Positions 46,769 through 56,560 of a stretch of 64,000 bases of DNA are shown here, in pieces; within the stretch, counting starts at the first letter, position 1; each line of letters opens with the position of its first letter. This DNA comes from Candidatus Heimdallarchaeota archaeon (GTDB lineage Archaea; Asgardarchaeota; Heimdallarchaeia; Heimdallarchaeales; Heimdallarchaeaceae): positions 512,001-576,000 of the forward strand of contig JAUVXV010000001.1 of assembly GCA_030603365.1 (NCBI GenBank). Direction: 5' to 3'. The notes beneath the pieces are model-generated. The model worked only from the letters and a program-made list of their open reading frames with translations, was not told the origin of the DNA and made no database searches. Both the position numbers and the translations under genes were made by a program.

Positions 46769-47683
46769 ATGAGTGTTGACCTATCCAAATTTAAAGATGA
46801 GTTGTATTCGATTCATATTCTTGAAGAAGGTGTGAATCTATTTAGTGAAAAGTTCGAAGATTTTTTAAATGTTGATGATGTTCTTGTATTTGGTTTTATT
46901 TCAGCACTTTATAGCTATACATATGCCATAGGTCATGAAGAAGTCAAATCAATTGATTTCGGAAGTTGTAAGTTTCTTTTCTTGCAATTGTTTGATAATA
47001 GATTATTAGTAGTTATTACTAAAGATGAGATTTCAAGTGAGAATGAAAATATTTTGTTGAAGAATATTGCACTCAGATATGAAATTCTGACTGAAAACAA
47101 ATCTATTGGTCAGATTAAATCTTTACTTGACATAGAAAATACTATTATCCCTCTAGATATTGTTGCTGAGATTAGAAAGAAGAAATACAAGAAACAAGAA
47201 GAAGATGCTATCCCCCTAGACCTTCCAGCAATTCCTGAGATACAAATACCTGAAGTAAAAATTGAGAATTTTTATGTAGAGATGCTCACTGATGAAACAC
47301 AACTCTCTGTGGATAAACTTAATACAATTAAAAAAACTTTAACAAACTTCTTTCTAGGATATAAGACTTTAATATCAAGCCTTTTTGCAATTGCTAAGCA
47401 AGAAAAATTGATTTCATTTGTTTTTAGCAGAAAAACTTTCGATGAGATATATCCTCTTGTTAAATTCATTATCACTAATCCTTCCGAAATTGATGTGAAT
47501 TCAGAGAGTATTCAGAGTCACATTAAAGGAGTAAAAATTGATGATGAGGATTTATACGTCCTGATTTATCTTTCAAAAAAACAGAACACTAAATCTGTCG
47601 TATTTAGCAAATATAAGGACGAACTTGAATCTCTTGCTCCACACCTAAGTAGAATCTCCAAATTTGTTGAAAAGATGATTTGA
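46769..47683 (+). CDS. Longin-domain protein with C-terminal roadblock-like domain (paralogue D)
   Basis: Typical Asgard longin signature (IHILEEGVNLFS...DDVLVFGFISALYSY...VKSIDFG...LLVVIT). The C-domain aligns weakly with paralogues A-C. Confidence 0.7.
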   Translation: MSVDLSKFKDELYSIHILEEGVNLFSEKFEDFLNVDDVLVFGFISALYSYTYAIGHEEVKSIDFGSCKFLFLQLFDNRLLVVITKDEISSENENILLKNIALRYEILTENKSIGQIKSLLDIENTIIPLDIVAEIRKKKYKKQEEDAIPLDLPAIPEIQIPEVKIENFYVEMLTDETQLSVDKLNTIKKTLTNFFLGYKTLISSLFAIAKQEKLISFVFSRKTFDEIYPLVKFIITNPSEIDVNSESIQSHIKGVKIDDEDLYVLIYLSKKQNTKSVVFSKYKDELESLAPHLSRISKFVEKMI

Positions 47684-47823
47684 TGCTTTTTGAAATCTTT
47701 TCCATATTTTATGTTCTTTGGGTTTAAATACCAATTTCAATCTTATCTGGTGAATTCAACGAGAATAAAGATAAGATTGATATACTATTAATTCTATTTT
47801 TACCCAAAGTGTTGGTGAATGTA

Positions 47824-48204
47824 ATGAGTCTCTCTGGACAACAAATCGAACAAACATTGCATGAGTTTGAGGCAAATACTGAAGGAATTTTAGGATGTTC
47901 AATAATCTATGCAAAAGATGCTCTGTTATTAGCAGAATCATCTCAAAAATTCGAAAGGCTCGTGATTCAATGGTTAAGTGAGAAAATGCTCTCATTAGCA
48001 AAAGAGTCGTTACAACAATTGATGAAAGAGTTCACTCTTTTGAGTGTTACAATAGAAGAAAAAGATCATTTCGTTTATCTTCGTCCAATTGGTGATGACT
48101 ATTATGCAGTAATAATAACCACGAAGGAAGAAAACAGAGGATTGTTGGAGCATAATATCAAAAGGTTACTACAAAAATTAACTCCAATGATGTTGCTTAG
48201 TTAA
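47824..48204 (+). CDS. Roadblock/LC7 domain protein
   Basis: IEQTLHEFEANTEGILGCSIIYAKDALLLAES...VTIEEKDHFVYLRPIGDDYYAVIITTKEENRGLL. ATG 47824. Confidence 0.85.
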   Translation: MSLSGQQIEQTLHEFEANTEGILGCSIIYAKDALLLAESSQKFERLVIQWLSEKMLSLAKESLQQLMKEFTLLSVTIEEKDHFVYLRPIGDDYYAVIITTKEENRGLLEHNIKRLLQKLTPMMLLS

Positions 48205-48223
48205 TATATAGAGGTCGAAAACT

Positions 48224-48610
48224 GTGGATCTAACTACTCTGAAAGTACTAGCAAAAATGGCTAGTGGGGAAGAAGGACCTAATGCAAGATTCAACTTTAT
48301 GTCTTCAGATACTAAAGGATTCTTGTGTTCTTGTTCAACTCTGGAGGAATTATATGAATGTGTAACAAGTCTAGAACCAGATATAATACTTGCTCATGTA
48401 TGCTCATGTGAGGAATTTGATCAATCATCAGGAACAAGAGATTTAGCATTTTATATTCACTACGTTTTTGGTGATGTAGAACTTTCTATGAAGATATACA
48501 GCGTAGCTGAGAGGTATGCTGAAGATTCAGACAAATTAAAACTTGAAATTGGTAATCTTTTATTCACTAGGCTATTAAACTACAGCGAAATAGCATTAAT
48601 TCCTGATTAA
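48224..48610 (+). CDS. Hypothetical protein
   Basis: 128-aa GTG ORF preceded by GAGGT; two CSC motifs. Confidence 0.65.
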   Translation: MDLTTLKVLAKMASGEEGPNARFNFMSSDTKGFLCSCSTLEELYECVTSLEPDIILAHVCSCEEFDQSSGTRDLAFYIHYVFGDVELSMKIYSVAERYAEDSDKLKLEIGNLLFTRLLNYSEIALIPD

Positions 48611-48680
48611 CATTTATCAAAATTCTTTTTTATTCAAAGTTACTTCTTCAATTCGTCTCTTAAAAATAGGTGAAATTAAT

Positions 48681-50798
48681 TTGAGCTCAAAATGTCCAAA
48701 GTGTAAAGGTATTGGTAAGATAATAAAAGAGAAAATGACCTGTCCTTCCTGTCTTGGAATAGGAAAAACATCCTTTACTCTAGGTGGGGATGAAGAGGGA
48801 AAGCCTTGCGAAAAATGCGATGGGAAAGGAAAAATAATCCTCCGGGAAAAATGCCCTATTTGTGGTGGGAAAAAAACTGTCAAATACTGCAGTTCATGTA
48901 GAAAAATACTATCAGAACCATCATCTTCTGGATTATGTTCAAAGTGTGAAAAGAGAAAAGTACCATTAGTGTATTCACTTAAACCTCCTATTGATTCTCA
49001 ATTAATCCGAAAAGAAATGCTATTACTTTCAAGAGTTGAAAGCGTAAAAAAAGTAGGTGTTTTTGTTTCTGTTTCACCTAAGCTTAACGTCTTAATTAGA
49101 ACTAAAGATATCACACAAGATTATGCTTGGGATATAGGTGAAGAAGTAATTGTCAAAGTAAATTTCATCAATGACCAAGGAAAGCTTTCTGGTGTTCCTG
49201 TACATCTAGAAGACTATGTATCTGAGTCTTTAAGAGGTAGGGTTCGAAAATTACAGATTAGCAACTTAAACGAAGATATGGAAGGATCATTCATATCCAT
49301 AAATGCTCAAGTGGTTTCTATTCTTCAAACCTCAGGTCCTACTAGATTTACACTAGTTGACCCTTCTGGCACAATCACTGCTGCTGCTTTCATTAAACCA
49401 GGAGAAAGAGCTTTTTCTGAAATTACTGAGGATATGGTTGTTTCTGTTTTCGGTGAAATCAACAAACACCGTGATATTCTTCAAATCGAGATTAAAGATA
49501 TGGAAAAATTAGCGACCTCAGAAACAGCTGGAATTCTAAAAGAAATAGAAAAAGCGATAGACACCAAATCTACACCAAAAGAATTTAACTTTTCCATCAA
49601 AAGTGAATTATTAGAAAAGTTACGACCAGACTTAATAGCTGTTGCTAAAAGAATCAGAAAAGCTGTTTTCACAGGACAACCCATCTTTATTCGAAATCAT
49701 GCAGATGCTGATGGGACAGTTGCAGGTTTCACTGTAAAACGAGCTATTCAAAAAATTATGGAACAAGAAGGATATGATTCTGATACAATTAGAATTCGTT
49801 TAAAACGGCTACCAAATAAACCTCCATTTTTTGATGCCATCGATGTAACTAAAGACTTGGAATTTGCCCTATCCGATCAAGAAAGATTTGGTGACAAATT
49901 ACCTCTATTCCTCTGTATGGATTTTGGATCCAGTACCGAATCTCTATTCCCTTATCTACAAATCAAATCACTAGGTTTAGAAATTCTTGTTGTAGATCAC
50001 CATTTTCCAGATAAAGAAATCAAGGAATTAGTGGATTATCATGTTAATCCATACTTTGTTGGTGGAGGATACGAGCTTTCAGCTGGAATGCTAGGTTATG
50101 AACTAGCAAGAATCATCTGCCCTGATGTAACAGAAGAGATGAAACATCTACCTGCTATTGCTGGTTTAATGGATAGAGTAGAAGGGAAAGAGATACAGGC
50201 CTATATCAAACTTGCAGAAGAGAAGGGATATACTGTTGATGATCTGCGAAATATTGGATTATCTGTTGATTATGAAGTATACAACTTGAGATTCTCTGAA
50301 GGATCTCATATCCTTAGCATTTTATTTGGTGTTAATGTTCCCGTAGAGTGGCACACAAAAATGTTTAATCTAATCGGAAGGGAAACAAAGCAAATGATGG
50401 AGAAGTCCTTTAGGAATGCTCTTCCACATAGTAAAACTAAGATACTAACGAATAATGTTCTATTTGTAACTCTTGATGTTGAATTATTTTCACATAGATT
50501 CACATTTCCCAATCCAGGGAAACTTACAGGGTTAATATTTGACTACTATTGTGAGAAAAACAAAGATAAAGCTGTCGTAACTTTAGGTGAAGGTCCAGAT
50601 TTCATAATATTGCGTTCTAAAGGATTGAAAATAAATTTTCCTGATGCTGTTAAACTTATGCAGAAAAAGTTACCTGAAGCAGATGTTGAGGGTGGAGGGC
50701 ATGAAGTTGTAGGATCAATTAAGTTCTATGAAGGGGAAAGAAAGAAAGTTAAGAAATTCTTCATTGAATATCTTTCAACTCTAGAGATGACTAAGTGA
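48681..50798 (+). CDS. Archaeal RecJ-like DHH exonuclease with DnaJ-type Zn finger and OB/S1 folds (COG1107/HAN-like)
   Basis: CxxCxGxG x4; QTSGPTRFT OB fold; HADADG, DFGS, VDHH, SAGML, GGGHE. Confidence 0.92.
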   Translation: MSSKCPKCKGIGKIIKEKMTCPSCLGIGKTSFTLGGDEEGKPCEKCDGKGKIILREKCPICGGKKTVKYCSSCRKILSEPSSSGLCSKCEKRKVPLVYSLKPPIDSQLIRKEMLLLSRVESVKKVGVFVSVSPKLNVLIRTKDITQDYAWDIGEEVIVKVNFINDQGKLSGVPVHLEDYVSESLRGRVRKLQISNLNEDMEGSFISINAQVVSILQTSGPTRFTLVDPSGTITAAAFIKPGERAFSEITEDMVVSVFGEINKHRDILQIEIKDMEKLATSETAGILKEIEKAIDTKSTPKEFNFSIKSELLEKLRPDLIAVAKRIRKAVFTGQPIFIRNHADADGTVAGFTVKRAIQKIMEQEGYDSDTIRIRLKRLPNKPPFFDAIDVTKDLEFALSDQERFGDKLPLFLCMDFGSSTESLFPYLQIKSLGLEILVVDHHFPDKEIKELVDYHVNPYFVGGGYELSAGMLGYELARIICPDVTEEMKHLPAIAGLMDRVEGKEIQAYIKLAEEKGYTVDDLRNIGLSVDYEVYNLRFSEGSHILSILFGVNVPVEWHTKMFNLIGRETKQMMEKSFRNALPHSKTKILTNNVLFVTLDVELFSHRFTFPNPGKLTGLIFDYYCEKNKDKAVVTLGEGPDFIILRSKGLKINFPDAVKLMQKKLPEADVEGGGHEVVGSIKFYEGERKKVKKFFIEYLSTLEMTK

Positions 50799-50803
50799 CG
50801 AAG

Positions 50804-52303
50804 CTAATTCTCGTCTTCAATTTCTTCATTGCTATCTTTATCTTTTTTTCTTCTGAAAACCTTTCCAATTCCACTTTTAGTTTTAGAATAGGCTCCTCCT
50901 ATTGCACCTGCTACTTTCTTAGTAGGAGAAATGAAAACTTTCACTGCAGCTGATTTTACACCGTATTTCATACCTTCTTTAAGTACCATATTTGCATATT
51001 GTTTCCATGAATCCTCCCCTCTCTTTACTCTGTCAATTCTTTCTACGAGCTCATCAAATGGTGGTAAGAACTCAAATCTATATAATTCAGGTGATGCATA
51101 GTTTCTGAATCTCTTAGATGCTCGATAGTTCAAAATGAAGAATATCATCAAACATGGAATAGCGATCAATGCTATTTTATCTTTGATATAAACTAAATCA
51201 ATATTAGCGAAAAATTGAGTGAAAATTCCACCAAATAGATCATTTTTTGTCACTATATGAAGGAATGTGATATGATAACTGAGAACCAAACCCATTACAG
51301 TAATCAAAACACCTAATGGTGACATAAATCTAGGAATCTTGAGTAAGAACCATGGTTTTTCTTCTTCAGTTTCTATTATTTCTTTCTTTTTCTTCTTCTT
51401 CTTTGATCTCTCTTCTTCAATTAGGATAACTTCTTTCTCTATTCCCTTCTCAATGCGTTTAACTTTTCTAGCATAAGTTGAGACAGAGTAAAATATCAAA
51501 AACAATGCAGTAAGTATGCTACCAACATTGTCACTAGGATCATTTTCTGTAACAGTATAGATAGTTAATTTCCACAATGTAAATGAAGAAAAGACATAAA
51601 AAAATGCAAGTATTGTATAGAATACATCATCCTTCTTTCCTAGTACGAATATTATTACATTAGTCAATATAACAGCAAGAATAACAAAAGATGCTGAGAT
51701 TAATAGAAATAGCTGAAAATCCACGAAAATAGAGTAATATATCAAATAACCTCCCATCGCTGCATTTACAAAAGATAAAATAAAAACTACTAAGCTGAAT
51801 ATTACTGTTCCTTCATTTGCTTGTTTACCTAAGAACATGATGCTGCCTAGAACTTTATTTCCCCAAAAGTTTCTAGATATAGAGAAAGTTAAGAAAATTG
51901 AAACTCCTATCCAGCCTAGATACCCTATAGCAGCTATAAAAGGGGAAATGTTCTTGATTTCCTCTACGAAATATAATAGTGCAGTTCCTCCCCCAGCTGT
52001 GAGAATAGCAGGCCCTGCCCAGTATTTTAATGGATATTTAGCAATGAAAAGACCAAAAATGATGTATGTAACAGCAACTGATAACTCGATTAGGATAAGA
52101 ATCCTTGCTGTCTCAGCTAAAGCGGTATAATAGGGCTCTGACCCTTGTAATTGATTCTCAATTAGATAAAATATCGTTGAAGTTACTGAAATGAGTATAA
52201 ACGCTATTGTGTAGAAAATGTACCTTTTACTAAAAAGAACTCTTATTCCACTTGTAAAAATGTTCTTGATGAATTTGTAAAAAGCTTTCTCAACATATGA
52301 CAT
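50804..52303 (-). CDS. Polytopic membrane protein (about 10 TM), unknown function
   Basis: Hydrophobic helices with a charged cytoplasmic loop (RSKKKKKKKE) and an amphipathic C-terminus. Confidence 0.75.
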   Translation of the reverse strand: MSYVEKAFYKFIKNIFTSGIRVLFSKRYIFYTIAFILISVTSTIFYLIENQLQGSEPYYTALAETARILILIELSVAVTYIIFGLFIAKYPLKYWAGPAILTAGGGTALLYFVEEIKNISPFIAAIGYLGWIGVSIFLTFSISRNFWGNKVLGSIMFLGKQANEGTVIFSLVVFILSFVNAAMGGYLIYYSIFVDFQLFLLISASFVILAVILTNVIIFVLGKKDDVFYTILAFFYVFSSFTLWKLTIYTVTENDPSDNVGSILTALFLIFYSVSTYARKVKRIEKGIEKEVILIEEERSKKKKKKKEIIETEEEKPWFLLKIPRFMSPLGVLITVMGLVLSYHITFLHIVTKNDLFGGIFTQFFANIDLVYIKDKIALIAIPCLMIFFILNYRASKRFRNYASPELYRFEFLPPFDELVERIDRVKRGEDSWKQYANMVLKEGMKYGVKSAAVKVFISPTKKVAGAIGGAYSKTKSGIGKVFRRKKDKDSNEEIEDEN

Positions 52304-52413
52304 GTTTATTCAATATAGACAATATATAATAAAAGTTTGGAAACAGTTTGATAAAGTAATTGAGAGTTTGTTTTTTCTGTTTCATAATCGTTAAATAACT
52401 CAATCAAAATTAT

Positions 52414-53268
52414 ATGTTGATAGATATGTTCGATGTCTTTGATACTTTTCTCTTTGACGGTGATGGTGTATTGTATAAGGAATCTAATCCACTTCCAGGA
52501 TCTATTGAATTTTTAAATTTCCTTGAAAAGCAAGGAAAGAAAGTATACATTTTAACCAACAATAGTACAAAAACGAGAAAAGAATTTCAAACCAAACTTA
52601 CAACTTTGGGAATTACTTTACCAATTAAAAACATATTAACCTCTTCTTATCTAACAGCAAAATATATTGAAAAACAGTCACCAAAAGCAACCATCTACGT
52701 AATTGGAGAAGATGGTCTTAGAAGTGAATTAAAAGCTGTTGGATTAGTTGTACTGAATGATTGGCAAGAAAACAATGAGGAAGATATTTTCGAATTCGAT
52801 TTTGATAAGGTTGATTATGTTATTACTGGAATGGACAGATTGCTTAATTACACAAAAATCTCCAGAGCAACCCATATTCTCCAAAACCATGACCATGTAA
52901 AATTCATAGCCACTAATGGTGATTTTACATTCCCCACAGTTAAAGGGTTAATTCCAGGGGGTGGAGCTATGATAAAAATATTAGAAGTATTGTCTGATAG
53001 AAATATAGAATTAGTTATAGGAAAACCCGAACCTGAAATGTATGAAACAGCTGTGGAATTATCTAAATCATCTATAGAAAAAACAATTATGTTTGGTGAT
53101 AGAATCGAAACTGATATCCTCGGAGCCAATCAAGTAGGAATGAGTTCTTGTTTAGTTTTAACAGGAGTTACTCAAATGCGAGACTTAGAGAATCTCACTG
53201 AAGAAAATGCTCCCACAATAATAATGAGTGACCTTCGAGATGCTCTTAACAATTTTAATTCTTCTTAA
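52414..53268 (+). CDS. HAD-IIA family hydrolase (NagD/phosphoglycolate phosphatase-like)
   Basis: FDGDGVL, LTNNS, IATNGD, IGKPEP, MFGDRIETDILG, LVLTGVT. Confidence 0.93.
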   Translation: MLIDMFDVFDTFLFDGDGVLYKESNPLPGSIEFLNFLEKQGKKVYILTNNSTKTRKEFQTKLTTLGITLPIKNILTSSYLTAKYIEKQSPKATIYVIGEDGLRSELKAVGLVVLNDWQENNEEDIFEFDFDKVDYVITGMDRLLNYTKISRATHILQNHDHVKFIATNGDFTFPTVKGLIPGGGAMIKILEVLSDRNIELVIGKPEPEMYETAVELSKSSIEKTIMFGDRIETDILGANQVGMSSCLVLTGVTQMRDLENLTEENAPTIIMSDLRDALNNFNSS

Positions 53269-53317
53269 TCAATCTAGATGTGATTAGATTTTTATATGAA
53301 AATGAATTAATTTTCTT

Positions 53318-56140
53318 GTGGTAAATATAACTAGATTCAAGAAATTTTCTTGCGTTTTTATGATAATGTGCTGTATATTCACTTATTCATCGTATGCTCA
53401 GAAAAAAGAATATTTACCTCCACTTATTGCCAAGAATACGATTCAATTAGAAGATGTGATAAAAAACAAGCGATTCTTGAATGAGTTTATAGATTCCAAT
53501 TTTAATGAGGAATTCAGAGTCTTTGTAAAAACTAATGATCAACGAACACTATCTGCTCTGAACCAAATGGGAAAGAATGTTAATACTTTTCGAAGTTATT
53601 CAGGTTTAGCAGTAACACTTACAAAAACTAACTTAGTAGATTTAATACAGGAAGGGGGTATTTCTGGTGTTTGGGAAAACTCACGACTTTACTCTGTTGA
53701 TGGAGAGTATAGTTTTTCATCATTGAACTACACTCAAGATATTGCTAATTTCACAGAAATGGTTTCTACAACCCCAATTTGGGCCGTAGGTTTCTATGGT
53801 AGTGATACTAAAGTTGCGATACTTGATACTGGAATAAAGACTGATCACCTTGCTTTAAACGTTACAATGAGTGGAAATGATAGAATAGTTGATTCTTGGA
53901 ATTTTATAAGTGATAATTCAAATGTAGAGGATGATAATGGTCATGGCACAGAAGTTGCAGGAATCATTGGAAGCAATGGACTTTATGGTTATCATTTTGG
54001 AGTAGCTCCAAATTGTAGTTTTATGATTGGAAAAATACTAGATTATAATGGGATGGGAACACTAGAACTGCTAATCCAGGGTATTGATTGGGCAATAGAA
54101 AACGATGCTGATATTATTAATCTCTCCCTTGGATCAATTGTAACAGATAGAAATTCTCCCGACATTGAAGCTGTAAATAATGCTGTTAGTAATGGTACAA
54201 TGGTCTGTGTTGCTGCTGGTAATATGAGGGGGATAGAAGAATTAGGTTACAATGATATGTTTACAATATTAACTCCAGGAATAGCTAAACAAGCTATTAC
54301 AGTTGGAGCAATTGATAACAATTATATGCTATACGAAACAAGTAGTGCTGGTCCAGTTGCTATTCAATATAATGAGGCTTCAGATTCATTTGTTTATGAT
54401 GATATTAATCTAGATAAGACATGGTTAAAACCTGATGTTGTTGCACCAGGTGTTATGCTTAATACAACAGCATTTGGAGGGCAAACAACTAAATTAGTGT
54501 CTGGAACAAGCTATGCTACAGCTGTTGTTTCTGGAGTGTGTTCTTTGTTAAAACAGATCTTTCCAGATAATAAACCTTCAACTTTTAAAGCATCATTATT
54601 AGAAACATCAATTGACATATCACCAGAAATCATGTCTCCTCTGGGTGATAAAGTAGAAATTTCGATTCCTTCCATCTATCAAGGTGCAGGTCTTGTTAAT
54701 GTTTCTAAAGCAGGACCCTTCCTAATTAATCCACCTTCTATAACTTTCTGGCCTAAACGAATACCATTTACACAAGAAGTTTATTTTCTTAATGAGTATG
54801 ATTCCTTCTACCTCAGTATCTTCATCAATAAGCAGATTTCGTCGTTGTCATACAAATATTATGAATTATATAGACCTTATTTTGAATTCTCATACTTTCC
54901 TAGAAATCCCAAAATTGGGCAACATGATATCCTTGTTAATTTTTCTACAAAAGAAAAATACTACGGATTAGTCAATTTTCCAATACATTTTAATGATGGA
55001 TTTATAGATTATGACTTGAATGTTTCCTTCTATCTAACGAGGGGAAAAGGAAGAATTTTATATGATGTAAATGAAATTGGAGATGAAAATCGATTCTCTC
55101 TATATGGTAACCTAAATGGTTTTTTTGATATATCTAAATACTTCGGATTGATTACAAAGGTTCTCCCTAGGGCAGATAATTCCCAACAAATTTCATCTCT
55201 TGATTTGAGAGATTATGAAGTAATTGCACTTCTCAATCATAATAGTTCAAGTTTACATGAATTTACGAGTGCTGATGAAGAAGCTATTCTTGATTATCTC
55301 CTGCCAGGAGGAGATTATCATGGTGGAACCGTGATATTTTTCCCAACAAGAAGTAGTGATTTCAATAGTCTAAACTCAATATTGGAACATTATGATATAA
55401 CCTATAGTGTTTTGATGAGTGATAATGAAACATTAGATTTATCATCAATTATTCATCCTCTTACATCAAATTACAACACAATAGGTATATTGTCATTAAT
55501 TTTACCACTTGAAGTATTGAAAGTAAATGATACTTACAACTCAATTGCAGATAGGTTTGTCTATAATGATACTAGACAAAATAGTGGATCATTGGTTCTA
55601 GCTTGCAATAACCTTGAGATGTTCTTAAATTCACCATATTTGTACAATAGTCTAACATCTAATTATGAAGAAAAACAGTCTTCACTTCAGTTTGGTGATA
55701 ACTATCAAATGTTGGAGAATATAATGGTGGCTTCTACAGTATCAGATATCTCAATGAATTACTCAATCAGTTCAACTGAATCACAATTAAACTCAGAAAT
55801 TCAAGTTACAATTTCAGCTTTAAACAACTATGAACCACTTACTGGTTGGGATTTCTTTCTTTCTTTAGAAACTTTACAAAATGTAGCTCAAAAAATAGAA
55901 ATTAAATATTATGATTTTATAGATTTCAAAAATGGTACATACATTTTTCATTTCACTCCAGGAATTTTTCCAATCCCAGGGGGTTCGTATTTCCTTTCGG
56001 TTCGTTCTTCTTATGATACAATGACCTGGACTGTGTATTTAATGACCGATTATTCGTGGGGACCAACACTCATCACTATATCGATTGCTGCTTGTATGTT
56101 ATTATTTGTTATTTTTAGAAAAAAACAGACTAAGCTGTAA
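53318..56140 (+). CDS. Membrane-anchored S8 subtilase, Site-1-protease (MBTPS1/SKI-1)-like architecture
   Basis: Signal/pro region; ILDTG, HGTEVAG, AAGN, KPDVVAPG, SGTSYA catalytic triad; long C-terminal region; TM + RKK. Confidence 0.88.
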   Translation: MVNITRFKKFSCVFMIMCCIFTYSSYAQKKEYLPPLIAKNTIQLEDVIKNKRFLNEFIDSNFNEEFRVFVKTNDQRTLSALNQMGKNVNTFRSYSGLAVTLTKTNLVDLIQEGGISGVWENSRLYSVDGEYSFSSLNYTQDIANFTEMVSTTPIWAVGFYGSDTKVAILDTGIKTDHLALNVTMSGNDRIVDSWNFISDNSNVEDDNGHGTEVAGIIGSNGLYGYHFGVAPNCSFMIGKILDYNGMGTLELLIQGIDWAIENDADIINLSLGSIVTDRNSPDIEAVNNAVSNGTMVCVAAGNMRGIEELGYNDMFTILTPGIAKQAITVGAIDNNYMLYETSSAGPVAIQYNEASDSFVYDDINLDKTWLKPDVVAPGVMLNTTAFGGQTTKLVSGTSYATAVVSGVCSLLKQIFPDNKPSTFKASLLETSIDISPEIMSPLGDKVEISIPSIYQGAGLVNVSKAGPFLINPPSITFWPKRIPFTQEVYFLNEYDSFYLSIFINKQISSLSYKYYELYRPYFEFSYFPRNPKIGQHDILVNFSTKEKYYGLVNFPIHFNDGFIDYDLNVSFYLTRGKGRILYDVNEIGDENRFSLYGNLNGFFDISKYFGLITKVLPRADNSQQISSLDLRDYEVIALLNHNSSSLHEFTSADEEAILDYLLPGGDYHGGTVIFFPTRSSDFNSLNSILEHYDITYSVLMSDNETLDLSSIIHPLTSNYNTIGILSLILPLEVLKVNDTYNSIADRFVYNDTRQNSGSLVLACNNLEMFLNSPYLYNSLTSNYEEKQSSLQFGDNYQMLENIMVASTVSDISMNYSISSTESQLNSEIQVTISALNNYEPLTGWDFFLSLETLQNVAQKIEIKYYDFIDFKNGTYIFHFTPGIFPIPGGSYFLSVRSSYDTMTWTVYLMTDYSWGPTLITISIAACMLLFVIFRKKQTKL

Positions 56141-56513
56141 GAATTTGATATACATTCTTACCATATTTTGTTAGTATAGTCATTCCTAGAGCTAAACTAT
56201 AAATGTCCTTTGAAGCAGCCAAAACAATGAATTGGTCTAGATTTAGTAGAATAACAAAACCCTCTGTCCCCTTTATAATAACTTGATCCAGATTTCCACA
56301 TTTAATTTGATTTACAGTTTGTTGTCCTGCTGAATTGAGAGCAGAAGCTAAGGCTGACATTATAACTTGATCTGTGCTTTTTTCAGCAAAAAAAGCAAGC
56401 TCTTGACCTTCTGAACTCACAACAGCAATAGCACTTAAACTACATTCCTTTGAAATATCTCTAAGAATTCCTAGTAGTTTCGATTTCTTTTCAGGTGGCA
56501 AATCATTTAACAT
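56130..56513 (-). CDS. Roadblock/LC7 domain protein
   Basis: AIAVVSSEGQEL...MSALASAL...GNLDQVIIKGTEGFVIL...LAAS...LALG. ATG 56513. Confidence 0.88.
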   Translation of the reverse strand: MLNDLPPEKKSKLLGILRDISKECSLSAIAVVSSEGQELAFFAEKSTDQVIMSALASALNSAGQQTVNQIKCGNLDQVIIKGTEGFVILLNLDQFIVLAASKDIYSLALGMTILTKYGKNVYQILTA

Positions 56514-56560
56514 TAAGCTAGAACATCTATGCAAAATTATAAGTTTTCTTATACATTAAG

